From Malacoraja senta (taxonomy: Eukaryota): 64,000 nt of DNA. Position 1 is the stretch's first letter; every line of letters starts with the position of its first letter. The position numbers and the translations under genes were made by a program. Below the pieces are notes generated by a model, which saw nothing but the letters and a program-made list of their open reading frames with translations, ran no database searches and was not told the origin of the DNA. The stretch is taken from positions 11,472,001 through 11,536,000 of the forward strand of contig CM075990.1 of the NCBI GenBank assembly GCA_038087875.1, read 5' to 3'. This document shows positions 37,646 through 49,433 of this stretch, piece by piece.

Positions 37646-39532
37646 GATCCCTATCCCTCCATTCCTTGAATATCCACGTGCTATCCTGTCTCTTTAAATG
37701 CCAATATCACATCTACTTCCCCCATGGCAGCTAATTCCAGGTAACCTCCCAATAAGTTCATGTTCATAAGTTATAGGAGAAGAATTAGGCCATTCAACCC
37801 ATTAAGTCTACTCCGCCATTCTATGATGGCTGAACTATCCTTCCCTCTCAACCCTGTTCTCCTGCCTTCTCCCCATGACCCCGATACCCTTACCAATCAA
37901 GAATCTGTCAATCTCTGCCTTACAAATATCCACAGCCTTCTGTGGCATTGAATTCCACTCTGACTACAGAAATTCTTCCTGGGGGGAGGGGGTTGGGGTT
38001 GGATAGAAGTGCTACTGATGGTGGTGGATGGGTAGGAGATTGTGAGAATGTCACAGTGTTGGAAATCTGGAGATTACAACAGAAATAGCCAAGGTAACAT
38101 TGCACTCTTAAATGTAGACATGGGATGCTTGGGTTGCCTCTCAAAGAATTAGCCATCTGTGAAACACAGGCAATCCTATGGGGAGCGGGGGAAGACTTTC
38201 AAAGACAGTTGGTAGCATTAAAAACCCCTCCCTATGGATGCTGAGTGGATGGGAGTAATCAGATGTCTATGTAATCCTATTGCACTGTTTCACGCTGATA
38301 GCACTGCACCTGTCGTTCTACAACCTTTGGCAGCTTTGATAATCGAGCATTTTAATATTAAAAAACTGTCCACTGCACTTCAGTCACTTGTGCATTGCAG
38401 AGGTAATTATCTTTCCTGTTCTGCTGCAGACTGCCTCAGCATGGACCCACTGATCCAGCCACTTGCTGTATTATCTGTGATCATCCAGCCTGGCTCGGTG
38501 ATAAATCCACCTCAGGGAGCCTGGCCGAGCAGCGAGCTGTCCAGCCAGCGTGATAAGGGGCCTGTGTGAGGATCGCACATTAGAACCTGGATCCTGAAGG
38601 CACCTTCACATTCAGCCCTGTCAAAATCACAGCGAGAGTCAGGTTAGTCAGCAAGGAAAGACAAGCTATTCAATCAACGCCAGGAGCAGCAGATTAATGA
38701 ACCCCAGAGGGAGTTGTATCAATACCTGCTTTGAATCAGGTGCTGTAGGTAGACGTTTTGACTTCCTATCTTATTCTAACCTTGCGGCATACAAGGTAAC
38801 ATCTACATCTCCAAACAAGCTGTGTGTGTGTGTGTTCTATCTGTGTATGTCTATGTCTGTGTGTATGTCTGTATGCACAAATATGCAGTATGATCTGCAT
38901 GTGTATGTGTCTTTTGTGTATGTGTGTTTGTTCGTCTGTATGTGTTTCTGTGCATGCATGAACAGGTGCACGAGGTGAAGTGTGGTCTATGTGTGTATGT
39001 CTAACTGCATACGTGTGTGTGCTTCCGTGTGTGTGTACGAGTGTATTTGTATATGTGCGTCTGAGTGTGTTGTTGTGTGTGTGTGCGTGTCTGTAGGTGT
39101 GTGTGTATGTGTGCATTAGGGTTAGGGTGTATCTGTGCTTGCATGACAAGATGCACAAGTATGCAGTGTGATCATCCGTGTGATTTTTGCTTCACATGCA
39201 TTTAACACCATAATTGAGGAGGGATTCTCTGTATCTTCAGATTCCTATATTTGTTCAATTGGACCAGAACATACACAAACTAATATTTTCTGCATATCTA
39301 TATAAACTGGGAGAAAATCCTAAGGGTACTTTTAAAGTAACATATTTCTATTCCCCTTCAAACATCTGTTCGAAAAAATATTAAAGATGAAACCTCTTAA
39401 TTACTGAACTTTGGAATCGAGAACATAGGTTTAAGGTGAGGGGGGGAAAGATATGAATCTGAGGCATAACTTTTTCACACAAAGGGTGGTGGGTGTATGT
39501 AACAAGCTGCCGGAGGAGGTAGTTGAAGCAGG

Positions 39533-40497
39533 TTTTCCCCCATACTAGATCATCGAAGATGTCCTCATTCTTTAGGAAACGGGGGGTTCCCTCTTCCATT
39601 ATAGATGAGGCTCTCACTAGGGTCTCCTCGATATCTCGCAGCTCTGCTCTTGCTCCCCCTCCCCCCCATTCACAACAAGGATAGTCCCTTTTGTCCTCAC
39701 CTTCCAACCCATCAGCCATCGCATATAGCATATAATCCTCCAACACTTTAGCCACCTCCAACGGGATTCACCAACTGGCCATATCTTTCCATATGCACCC
39801 CTTTCTGCTTTCCGCAGGGACCGTTCCCCCCGCAATTCCCTGGTCAACTCATCCCTTTCCACCCAAACCAACCCCTCCCCAGGTACTTTCCCCTGCAACC
39901 GCAGGAGATGCAACACGTGTCCAAAGGACCCCGACAGTCTTTTCAGGTGAGGCAGAGGTTCAGTTGCACCTCCTCCAACCTCATCTACTGTATCCGTTGT
40001 TCCAGGTATCAACTTCTGTACATCGGCGAGACCAAGAGCAGGCTCGGCGATAGTTTCGCTGAACACATCCGCTCAGTCCGCCTTAACCTACCTGATCTCC
40101 CGGTTGCTCAGCACTTTAACTCCCCCTCCCATTCCCAATCTGACCTTTCTGTCCTGGGCCACCTCCATTGTCAGAGTGAGGCCCAGCGCAAATGGGAGGA
40201 ACAGCACCTCATATTTTGCTTGGGTAGCTTACACCCCAGCGGTATGAACATTGACTTCTCTAACTTCAAATAGCTCTTGCATTCTCTCTCACTCCATCCC
40301 CTCCCCCCACCAGCCATACTGTCTGACTACATTCTATCTCTGTCCTGCCCACTCCCCCGACTCTCAGTCTGAAGAAGGGTCTCGACCCGAAACGTCACCC
40401 ATTCCTTCTCTCCAGAGATGCTGCCTGTCCCGCTGAGTTACTCCAGCATTTTGTCTCTACCTTCGATTTAAACCAGCATCTGCAGTTCTTTCCTACC
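39533..40497 (+). mobile_element. Penelope-like element, 5'-truncated (RT thumb end, Cys linker, GIY-YIG endonuclease, terminal repeat)
   Basis: GIY-YIG motif NLIYCIRCSRYQLLYIGETKSRLGDSFAEH (ORF 39908-40273); upstream FPCNRRRCNTCP linker; the 3' repeat equals the short repeat scattered through the window. Confidence 0.92.
40367..40399 (+). ncRNA. Minimal hammerhead ribozyme core in the PLE terminal repeat
   Basis: GT-CTGAAGA-A-GGGT-CTCG-ACCC-GAAAC-GTC-AC. Confidence 0.6.
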
Positions 40498-41164
40498 TAA
40501 GAAAGGGGGTAGTTGATTGGAACGAAAGAGTGGACCAGTCAACCAAAAAGGGAACAAGGTGGGAGGGGAGGAAAGGTGAAGACTGGTCTGGCAGTGGAAT
40601 CTCTGAAGGAGGGAGACATTGCAGAGAATAGGATGCAGTATGATACGAAAGAACTTTATTTCTCCCAGGAGGGAAATTGTTCTGTCAACAGTCATAAAAC
40701 ACAAGAAGATACATGGAACATGAAATTAAAGTGATGAGTGGAAAGTCCAGGATTTGGTATGTGGAAAGATTGGGGGGGGGGGGGGGTTGGAGGGGAGTCA
40801 GTCTACTCCTCGAGAGAAGGGGGGGGAGTTGTACAGTTTGATAGCTACATGAGCTATAGGGAAAGTGAAAGCTGTAGATGTGGAAGGTGAGGACCAGGTT
40901 AAGGCTATCCTTGTTCCGACATTCATCATAGTTGATCTGCCCCAGGCATCATTTTCTCTTTTGTGTCAATTCCCCAAAGCCGTGCGTTTTCTGATCTTTT
41001 GTTCGCTACTCTTTAACCAGCCTGAATGATCTAACCTACTCAGTCCTCTGGAGAAGAGAATGCCAAAGATTCATCACTTTCTGCAAGGAAAAAAACTCTC
41101 AATTCAACCGCAATCTTTGCTGAATATTCTGCCCTTTTCCTGGTCATTTTCATTGCACCTGCCT

Positions 41165-41400
41165 TGTTATTGCCAATCCATGCTAGTCGAGGTGTGCCGA
41201 TGAGAATGATGAGAACCCAGTTGCATATGGGGGAGCAGAGAGCGAGTTTCCTGAATTTGACAATGATCTTGGAAGGGAAGATGGCGTTGGACGCCAAGCT
41301 GTGGTGGGTGAACAACTTGAAGTATGTGTTCTTGGTCCAACAGTGACAGGAGAGCCAGCAAGTTCACATCCCCGTCCATCTCTTGTGGCGGGAAGTGAAT
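41165..41400 (-). mobile_element. Old Rex1 RT fragment
   Basis: IFPSKIIVKFRKLALCSPICNWVL resembles [24 protein letters not shown] of the Rex1 ORF 29889-30260. Confidence 0.65.
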
Positions 41401-42960
41401 CAAAGTCACAGAGTGATACAGTGTGAAAACAGGCCCTTCGGCCCATCTTGCCCACACTGGCCAACATGTCCCAGCTACACTAGTCCCACCTGCCTGTGCT
41501 TGGACCATATCCCTCCAACCCTGTCCTGTCTAACTGTTTCTTAAATGATGGGATAGTCCCAGCCTCAAGTTGCCCCTTGGATTCCTATTAAATCTTTTCC
41601 CCTTCACTTTGAACCCATGTCCTCTGGTCCTCAATTCCCCTACTCTGGGCAAGAGACTGGGCAAGTGGATCTAAGTCATTACCAAAGTAGCAGTTAATTT
41701 GCAGCATAAGCAACCTGCCGAGGCACTGTATCGCAATGGAAGTAAGAGCCACAGATGGGTTATCGATGAGTCACGTCATCTTGGTTTTCTCAGCCTCTGA
41801 TCTTATGGATGTAATTTTAAAAACAGGAGGGGACCTCACATCATGGTCGTGAAAGGTTGAAGATGTCCGTGAAAACTCCAGCCAGTTGGGCCGCATAGGT
41901 TTTGAGAACATGGCCAGGTGCACCATCAGGACCAGATGCTTCCAAGGATTCACCCTAGGGATGGATCTTCTGAAGTTGGCTTAGTTACGAGGGCCGCTAC
42001 AATGGCAAGAGGATGCTGGTGAAGGTGTAGTTTCATTCATACTTGGAATTTGTCCCAGTAGGAACATTTTCGGGCATAGCGGAGATCTCCCCATCACATC
42101 TGGGTGCTGTACCTACTGTGCCTGTGTGTCATGGGGTCGGGATGTGTCGGGCGAGTCATAGGGTGATACAGCGTGGAAACAGGCCCTTTGGTCCAACCTG
42201 CCCACACTGGCCAATATGTCCCAACGACACTCGTCCCACCTGCCAGCAATCGGTTCATATCCCTCCACACCCGTCCTATCATTTTAATAAGATCTTTAAT
42301 CAATTTACACAGCCCAGAAGCCTGCTAGTTAAAGCACTGATTTGTGCCATTTTTCTTCACATTAGGAATTAGGATTTCCATGCTTTAGAAATCACGGCTG
42401 AGGACACAATCCACCTATTTTGTAATTGAACGAGACATCTCTGGTGTGAAAGGATTTACCCAGAACAGGCCGAGCATGTGGAGACAAGGAAATAGTTCCT
42501 CCAGCTCATCATTCTTCCTCCCTTTCTGACAAGCCAGCATTGATTTTTCTGTAAGCATCTCTCTTAGTCCTTTTTTTCAGCTGCCATTTCGAAGCTGACA
42601 CATCCTCCACAAATAGTCAATTAGGGGGGAATTTTATTCCTACATGACTGACGCTTTGAGTCAAAACTTTTAAAGTGATTTTTTTACTTTTTTTTATTTT
42701 TTTAAAGTAAGTTAACTACATCTTACAACAGACAAACAAAGTAAAACCGCAAATGTCGGAAATAAGAAATGAAAGATGAAAATACTGGAATTATTCAGCA
42801 GATCATGCAGCAACTATGAACAGAGAAAGGGAGGTGGTATTTTAGGTCAAAGATTTTTCTTTGCATCCAGAAGAGTGAGAAAACAATCGTGTCTTTGGTT
42901 GCAGAGCGACAGAGAGGGTGGGGAGAACTGAGGGAATGACCGTGATAGGATGGAAACATT

Positions 42961-43251
42961 AGACTTTACTTTAGACTACAGAGAAACAGTGCAGAAACAG
43001 GCCCTTCGGCCCACCGAGTGCGTGCTGACCAGTGATCAACCAGTAAACTTGCACTATCCTACACACCGGGGACAATTTACAATGTAACTGAAGCCAACTA
43101 ACCTACAAACCTCTATCCTTTTGGAGTGTGGGAAACAGGATGACCCAGGGGAAACCCATGCGGTCACAGGGAGAACGTACAAACTCCGACCAGACAGCAT
43201 CCGTAGTCAGGGTTGAACCTGGATCTCTACCACTGCACCATTATGCTGCCC
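42961..43251 (-). mobile_element. HE1/V-SINE-like SINE
   Basis: Reverse-complement consensus. Confidence 0.8.
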
Positions 43252-43381
43252 TGAGACCATAGAGTGATACAGTGTGGAAACAGGCCCTTCAGCTCAACTT
43301 GCCCACACCGGCCAACGTGTCCCAACTACACTAGTCCCACCTGCCTGCGTTTGGCCCATATCTTTCCAAAGCTGTCCTATC

Positions 43382-43587
43382 TGTAGATTGATGATGCATG
43401 TGAACCAATCACACTTAGCCAGCATCACTAACTCCACCCCATTATAACACTTATACTAACGCCCATTCCCAGCACCGTTAGTTGAAGCAGCTAGGATGAA
43501 ATGACAACCCCTTGTTTTGTAATGCTGCCAAGTTACTGTGCTGATTAAAGATGTGTGTAAATCTTATACAGTCTCAAGTGATTTACA
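43382..43587 (+). repeat. 5' LTR
   Basis: TGTAGAT...ATTTACA with internal ATTAAA; 5 mismatches to the 3' LTR by my count. Confidence 0.97.
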
Positions 43588-43605
43588 TGGTGTCAGAAGT
43601 GGGAT
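43588..43605 (+). promoter_or_regulatory. Primer-binding site, tRNA-Leu
   Basis: TGGTGTCAGAAGTGGGAT is the complement of a vertebrate tRNA-Leu 3' end (ATCCCACTTCTGACACCA) and lies directly after the LTR. Confidence 0.9.
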
Positions 43606-45128
43606 TAATGCACAGGCAGATTTCATCCTTTCCCTTCTTAACTGTGGCAATCATGGTTGAGACCCAGTCGGTGGGGTTGCTGACTGCTTCAATTACGCCT
43701 TTGGAGACCATGTCCTTCAGCATAGAGTGAACCCTGCCAGTTATGGCAAATGACAATCGGTGCGGGGGTCGGATTACGGGTGTCACATCGGGGTCAGTAA
43801 TAATCTTGTAGGACACAGGCAACTTGCCTAGGTTGTTGTCGAAGAGACCAGGGAATTCATTCAGTGGATCAAAAGAAACTTGCAGTTTGTGGACAGTTTT
43901 ATCAAAGGAAATCAGCCCCAGTTCCTGACGCACGATTGCCAAGCAGAGTAACTGAATTAAAGTTCAACACGTAGAAGGTCAATTCCCTCGTTGTTTTCTT
44001 CAGTACACATTTCAAGTTGGTTTTGCCCAGAGGAACCAGCACCTCCCCTCCAAAAGCATGTAAAGTGGACGCGTCCTTGACAAGTGGCTCGCTAGCTCTA
44101 ATCTTGTTAAAAAGGTTGATTGACATTGTGTTGACCTTCGCGCCCGTATCCAATTTTGCGCCAAAAACAACATTGTTTACAGGTATCGTCACTGTAGGAT
44201 CAGAATTCTTGGCAGCAGCATGCTGTAACGTGTAAACAGTTGGGTCATCTTGCGAGTTAATTGGAATGTATTCGGGGGCGGCTTCGAGCTGGAGATGGGG
44301 AGGCAGTATGTTGCTGTCTCATTGCAAAAAATTGAGATTAGACTTGGGACTGGGCGCATTCTTTCCTCGGGCCCTGATTGCAGCCCGACAGACTGAGGCA
44401 AAGTGATTTAGCTTTTGCAGTAATTACAAGCCTTCCCGAGGGTGGGGCAGGTGGATTGCCTGTTGTGTAGATAGCCACAGTTAGGACATTTCTGCGGAGG
44501 ACCGCTGAGAACTGCCTGGCTAGCTTGGGTCATAAATCGGCTGTGGGGCCCGTCAGATTGATGGTATTGCTTTCATGCGAATGTCTATGGGATCGACAAG
44601 TTTGGCTGTTCTACATGCATGCACCGCTTCCTCGAGCGATAACTCTGGCTGTCTCAGGAGCTCTGATCACTAAAATATCCCTCGTTAACTGATCAGTCAA
44701 CTGATGAACCAGCATTTCCTGGAATCGGCAACGTTGGGCTAAATACATTAAAGACAAAATAAATGAGTCAACTCGTTCCCCGGGAAGTTGACGACGAGAG
44801 GAAAACCTTGCCCTGTCCAAAATGTGATTTGAGGGCAGGTCACAGATCTGGCCTAGTTTTCGCAGCAAAACATTAGGGTCAGTAGGAGACTCCGCCGGTG
44901 TAATTACCTGGTCATCACGGATAGCCGGAGCATAATGGAATGTTCTGGATCGATGAAAGGGTACCTGGGCCCGCAAGGTTGAGCAGGAGAGAGGCCTTGA
45001 CAGCATCTGGTTCATTTCGGTGTACAATGTTCATGTAGTGCTGGGTAATCAATTTCAAACGTGGCCCAGCTTTCGCTGATATCCGCATCAAAGACAAGAG
45101 GCTTAGGCTTTCGACAAGAAGAAGCCAT
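43603..45128 (-). pseudogene. Mag-type gag-protease-RT N-terminus, frameshifted, inverted relative to the LTRs
   Basis: ATG at 45128 (MASSCRKPKPLVFDADISESWATF..ASLLLNLAGP); RRQLPGERVDSFI; tandem Zn knuckles (CPNCGYLH..C, CNYC..NHFASVC, ~44390-44492); protease LDTGA; RT start (GVIEAVSNPTDWVS...ICLCINP). Confidence 0.9.
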
Positions 45129-45193
45129 CGTAAAGTAAAGCAAAACTCACAAAAGATAAAATAAAAACCGTTATACAAGAGGAGTGGATAGGA

Positions 45194-45208
45194 CCACTTC
45201 TGACGCCA
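45194..45208 (-). promoter_or_regulatory. Second, inverted PBS
   Basis: Minus strand ACA-TGGCGTCAGAAGTGG, followed by the leader and gag ATG. Confidence 0.85.
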
Positions 45209-48200
45209 TGTTCTACTGGCCCGGAATGGCCATGTACATCCGGGACCGCGTAGCCTCCTGCCCCATTTGCAACAATCTTGTGCCTCATCAGCAGCGGCAA
45301 CCCCTTCTGCAACAACCTCCACCAGCACTGCCTTGGTCGTCGCTGGCTGCGGACATTTTCGAATGGTGCGGTAAGCACTACCTTGTTCTGGTCGACTCTT
45401 TTTCCAACTGGTTTGAACTTGACCAACTGACCTCCCTCACGTCTGAGATGGTCATCAAGAAGCTGAAAAGACCCTTCTCAGCCTATGGCGCTCCTGTCAT
45501 CCTGAGAACCGACAACGGTCGACAGTTCACCAGCCACTTGTTCAAGCTTTTCGCAGACCGATGGAACTTCCAGCACGTCACAAGCAGTCCCGAGTATCCA
45601 CAGAGTAATGGACTCGCTGAACGCGCTGTCAGAAGCGCCAAGCACTTGCTGGAGGGAGCGCGCATTTCAAAGTCAGACGTCTATCTCGATCTCCTGAATC
45701 TCAGAAACATCGCCAGAGACGGAACCTTGGGGTCACCAGCGCAGCGTCTGCTGTCGAGGGTGACGAGGTCTCCAGTCCCCATTGCACAACAGCAGCTGGT
45801 CCCTCGGGTGTTGAAGCCCGCCACTGTCCAGCAACGTCTCCAAGAGAAGCACGACATCCAGAAACGGTCATACGACAGTTCCAGCAGACCACTCCAGCCT
45901 CTACTGCCGGGCCAGGTCGTCCGTCTACGAACTTCAACTGGACATTCTCGTCTGGGCATTGTTTTTTTATTAGAAGTTAATACAATACAAAACAATACAA
46001 AGTCATAACGTAATGCATTCTATGTACAACCTCTAGTTTTATGTTTTTGAAAAGGAGGTAAAAAATAAAAAAAAAGAAAGAAAAAAATAGAGAAAAGAAA
46101 GAGGAAAAATAAATAGTAGAAAATAGAAAAACGTGAAGTGTGTATATAAGAAAAGAAAAAATAGAAAGTAGAAATAGTAGAAAAAGACCCTTAAAAAAGA
46201 AATTTTCAAATCTTTGTTTGGAGATGTAAATCTATCCACGACCTGACCTGAAATCAGTAATCTTTACGGTACTGCTGCATCACATGATTCCAAAAAGTCG
46301 ATGAAAGGTGACCAACTCCTTAAGAATTGGTCATATTTATCTATTAGGCGGTCTCATTTCTTCAAGGTGTGCTATGTCCGTCATATTCCTAATCCACATT
46401 TTAATAGTTGGTATAGCTGTATTTTTCCAAAATTTAAGTATCAATTTCTTTCCAATTATTAACCCATAATTAAAGAATACTTTTTGGTCTTTGTTTAAAT
46501 TGATATCTTCTAATATTATTCCAAATATAATCCATTCCATATTAGGTTCTATTCTTGACTTGAAGAGCTTTGTAAATATATCAAATATATCGCTCCAAAA
46601 TGTATTCAACTTTGTACATCCTACAAATGAATGTGTTATATTGGCATTTTGAAACAAACATTTATCGCATCTGGGAGAGACATTTGGGTAAAATTTATTC
46701 AACCTCGTTTTTGAATAATATAGTCTATGTAATAATTTAAATTGAATTAAATTATGTCTTGCATTAATGGAACAATTATGTGTATTCATCAGATACTTTT
46801 CCCATCTATCTTTCGGGATCTTTATCATTAGTTCATGTTCCCAATCTTCTCTTAGTGCCTCTGTTGAGGGTAATTCTCTATTTAATATACTATTATAAAA
46901 ATATGATATTAGTTTTTGTGAATCAGCCTTAATATTCATTGCTTCTTCTAAAGGGTCTAAAAATATAGTTTGAAATCTATGTATATATTTCTTCATAAAG
47001 TCACATATCTGTATATATTTAAAATATTGATTATCATTCAGTTTAAATTTTAATTTTAATTGTTGAAATGATAACAATTTGCCCAGTTCATACATATCTC
47101 CTACTTTCCTAATCCCCAATCTATCCCATTGTTAATATGTTTTATCGATAAGAGATGGTTTGAATGCAGGATTATTCAGAATTGGGGTTAATACTGATAG
47201 ATTATTTAATTTCAAGGATAATTTTATTTGTTTCCAAATTCTTATTGTATTGTGAATAATTGGGTTCTTCTTATATATTATACTATTCAATTTTATTGGT
47301 GAGAACAAGATCGTTCCTATATCGTACGGGAAACACTCCTCTTTTTCCATTCTTATCCACTCCGACTGGTGAGTTGAACTATCCAACCAGTACATTATGT
47401 TCTTAATATGCACTGCCCAGTAGTAATACGTAAAGTTAGGTGGTGATAAACCCCCAGCTTCTTTAGGTTTACACAAATGCTTTCGTTGAATTCTGTGTGC
47501 TCTATAATCCCATATAAAATTAGTGATATTAGAATCTAGTTTTTTGAAAAAATATTTCGGAATATATATTGGGATCGCTTGAAACAAATATATTAATTGT
47601 GGTAAGAAAGTCATTTTTATAGCGTTAATTCTACCTATCAATGAGAGTGGGAGCGTTTTCCAAAATTTAATCATAACATTCAATTTATTTAATAGTGGCA
47701 TAAAATTGGCGCTAAATAATGATTTGTGTCTTCTCGTAATTTGAATACCTAAATACTTGAATTTTTCTGTTGCAATTTTGAAAGGGAATTTTAATAAGTG
47801 TCTCGCATCCTGTGGTTTTGAAGACATGATTTCGCTTTTATTCCAATTTATTCTATATCCTGAAAAAGAACCAAATTCCTCAATTAGTGTTAATAAGGTG
47901 GGAATACTCGTTTGTGTATTAGTAATATATAAAAGAATATCATCAGCATATAATGAAATTTTATTCTTTGAGTCCTTGGTATTATATCCGTGAATATTCG
48001 GATGATTTCTAATCCTTTCAGCCAGCGGTTCTATCATAAGGGCAAATAGCAATGGTGACAAGGCACAACCCTGCCTATTACCCCTTGATAAATAACATTT
48101 TGAAGATAACATATTGTTAGTTAATATTCTTGCCGTAGGTTTATCATAAAGTAGTTTAACCCATCTAATAAAATTCTCTCCCGTATTAAATTTTTTGAGT

Positions 48201-48825
48201 ACCTTATATAAATACTGCCATTCTACCGGATCAAATGCCTTCTCTGCATCCAGCGTAACGACTGAAATATCTTCAATGTCCTCTTTGTGAGAGTACATTA
48301 TATTGAAAAGCCTTCTCAAGTTATTAAATGATTGTCTTTTGGGTATAAATCCCGTTTGATCCGGGTTTACCAATTTATTAATATAATTATTCAGTCTTCT
48401 TGCTAGAATCTTTGCTAAAATTTTCTGATCGCATTGTTGTACGCCCGACTGATGAGCCACGATCGTACCTTGTGGACTGTGAGGGAGCGGTATACCGGAG
48501 AAGTCGACAGCACCTGCTTGCTGTGAAGGAGCCCCGACCACCGCCTGCTGATCCCTATGCTCCGCCGCTCCAGTTCCAGCCACCTTTTGCAGTGTCTCCC
48601 GCCCGTCCCCGCATGCCTTGCTCCCCCTCACGTCCCTCGGTCTCCACTAACCACGGGGTTCCACCTACCGCATGTTTCCCCTCTCGTTCACCACAAGCCT
48701 CTCCCGTGCGATTTTCACCTTCAGCCTCTCCGCCTAATCCTTCAGTGGAGGGAGGGGATGGTTGGGTCCGCACGTGCTCGGGCCGTGTTAGTAGACCACC
48801 AGACAGGTATGGCGAGTATGTTTAA
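45205..48825 (+). pseudogene. Gypsy integrase, N-truncated, split by L1
   Basis: YWPGM..CPIC, ADIFE, LVLVDSFS, TDNGRQF, PQSNGLAER. After removing the L1 it continues GIVVRPTDEPRSYLV..RRSRQHL..RTCSGRVSRPPDRY. Confidence 0.92.
45962..48430 (-). mobile_element. L1-clade LINE, 5'-truncated (ORF2 RT plus C-terminal Cys domain, 3' UTR, poly-A)
   Basis: DQTGFIP, LDAEKAFD, RQGCALSPLLF, YADD, KYLGI and CDKC..HSFVGC; one in-frame stop at 47132-47134; TSD GCATTG(TT) at 45956 and 48431. Confidence 0.95.
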
Positions 48826-48852
48826 TACACTTCCTTTCCACATTTAATCTTT

Positions 48853-48863
48853 AGGGGGAAGGA
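48853..48863 (+). promoter_or_regulatory. Polypurine tract
   Basis: AGGGGGAAGGA immediately before the 3' LTR. Confidence 0.9.
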
Positions 48864-49069
48864 TGTAGATTGATAATGCATGTGAACCAATCACACTTAG
48901 CCAGCATCACTAACTCCACCCCATTATAACATTTATACTAATGCCCATTCCCAGCACCGTTAGTTGAAGCAGCTAGGATGAACTGACAACACCTTGTTTT
49001 GTAATGCTGCCAAGTTACTGTGCTGATTAAAGATGTGTGTAAATCTTATACAGTCTCAAGTGATTTACA
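48864..49069 (+). repeat. 3' LTR
   Basis: Direct repeat of 43382-43587. Confidence 0.97.
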
Positions 49070-49162
49070 TATCCATGTACCTGTCTAACTGTTTCTTAAA
49101 TGTTGTGATAGTTCCCGCCTCAACTACCTCCTCTGGCAGTTTGTTCCACACACCCACCATAC

Positions 49163-49433
49163 TTTTTTTTCTTTTCTTTTTTTAATTTATTAGAAGCAAA
49201 TGTACAAGAGTAGAACCAACGGCATATAAAATTATACAGTTATTGTACAGCTTCAATTGTAACTTTTTAGCTTTGAATTTGAAGAAAAGAAAGGAGAAAA
49301 AGCAAGAAAGAGAAAAAGTGAGATGTGCAAAGATAGGATCCCTAGACTACCAAAGTAGTGGGGCCAAAGAGTGAGTAAAAGAAAGAAAGAAGAGAGGAAT
49401 AGAAAAAAATAAAAGGACAAAAAGAAAAGGAGA
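49163..49433 (-). mobile_element. Short poly-A retro-insertion, probably an L1 3' UTR
   Basis: TSD ACCCACCATAC at 49152-49162 and 49434-49444; its TTTATTAGAAG end matches the L1 end near 45965. Confidence 0.75.

Larger units (their letters stand above)
43382..49069 (+). mobile_element. Gypsy/Ty3 Mag-clade LTR retrotransposon, rearranged, with nested L1
   Basis: 206-bp TG..CA LTRs; TATC TSD (43378-43381, 49070-49073); tRNA-Leu PBS; PPT; gag/PR/RT/IN remnants; inserted in an HER1 tail. Confidence 0.95.

Noticed and set aside
43585..45211. Recombinase-controlled invertible switch
   Set aside because: No recombinase is present, and flipping the segment would not restore the missing RT/RNaseH; the repeats are PBS copies.
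45184..46008. 274-aa ORF as a domesticated integrase gene
   Set aside because: It starts in the inverted PBS, lacks the N-terminal His residues, ends in the L1 tail and sits inside an LTR pair.
47132..48631. 499-aa ORF as a novel fusion protein
   Set aside because: The first ~67 aa are antisense integrase read across the L1 5' truncation point; the rest is ordinary L1 ORF2.
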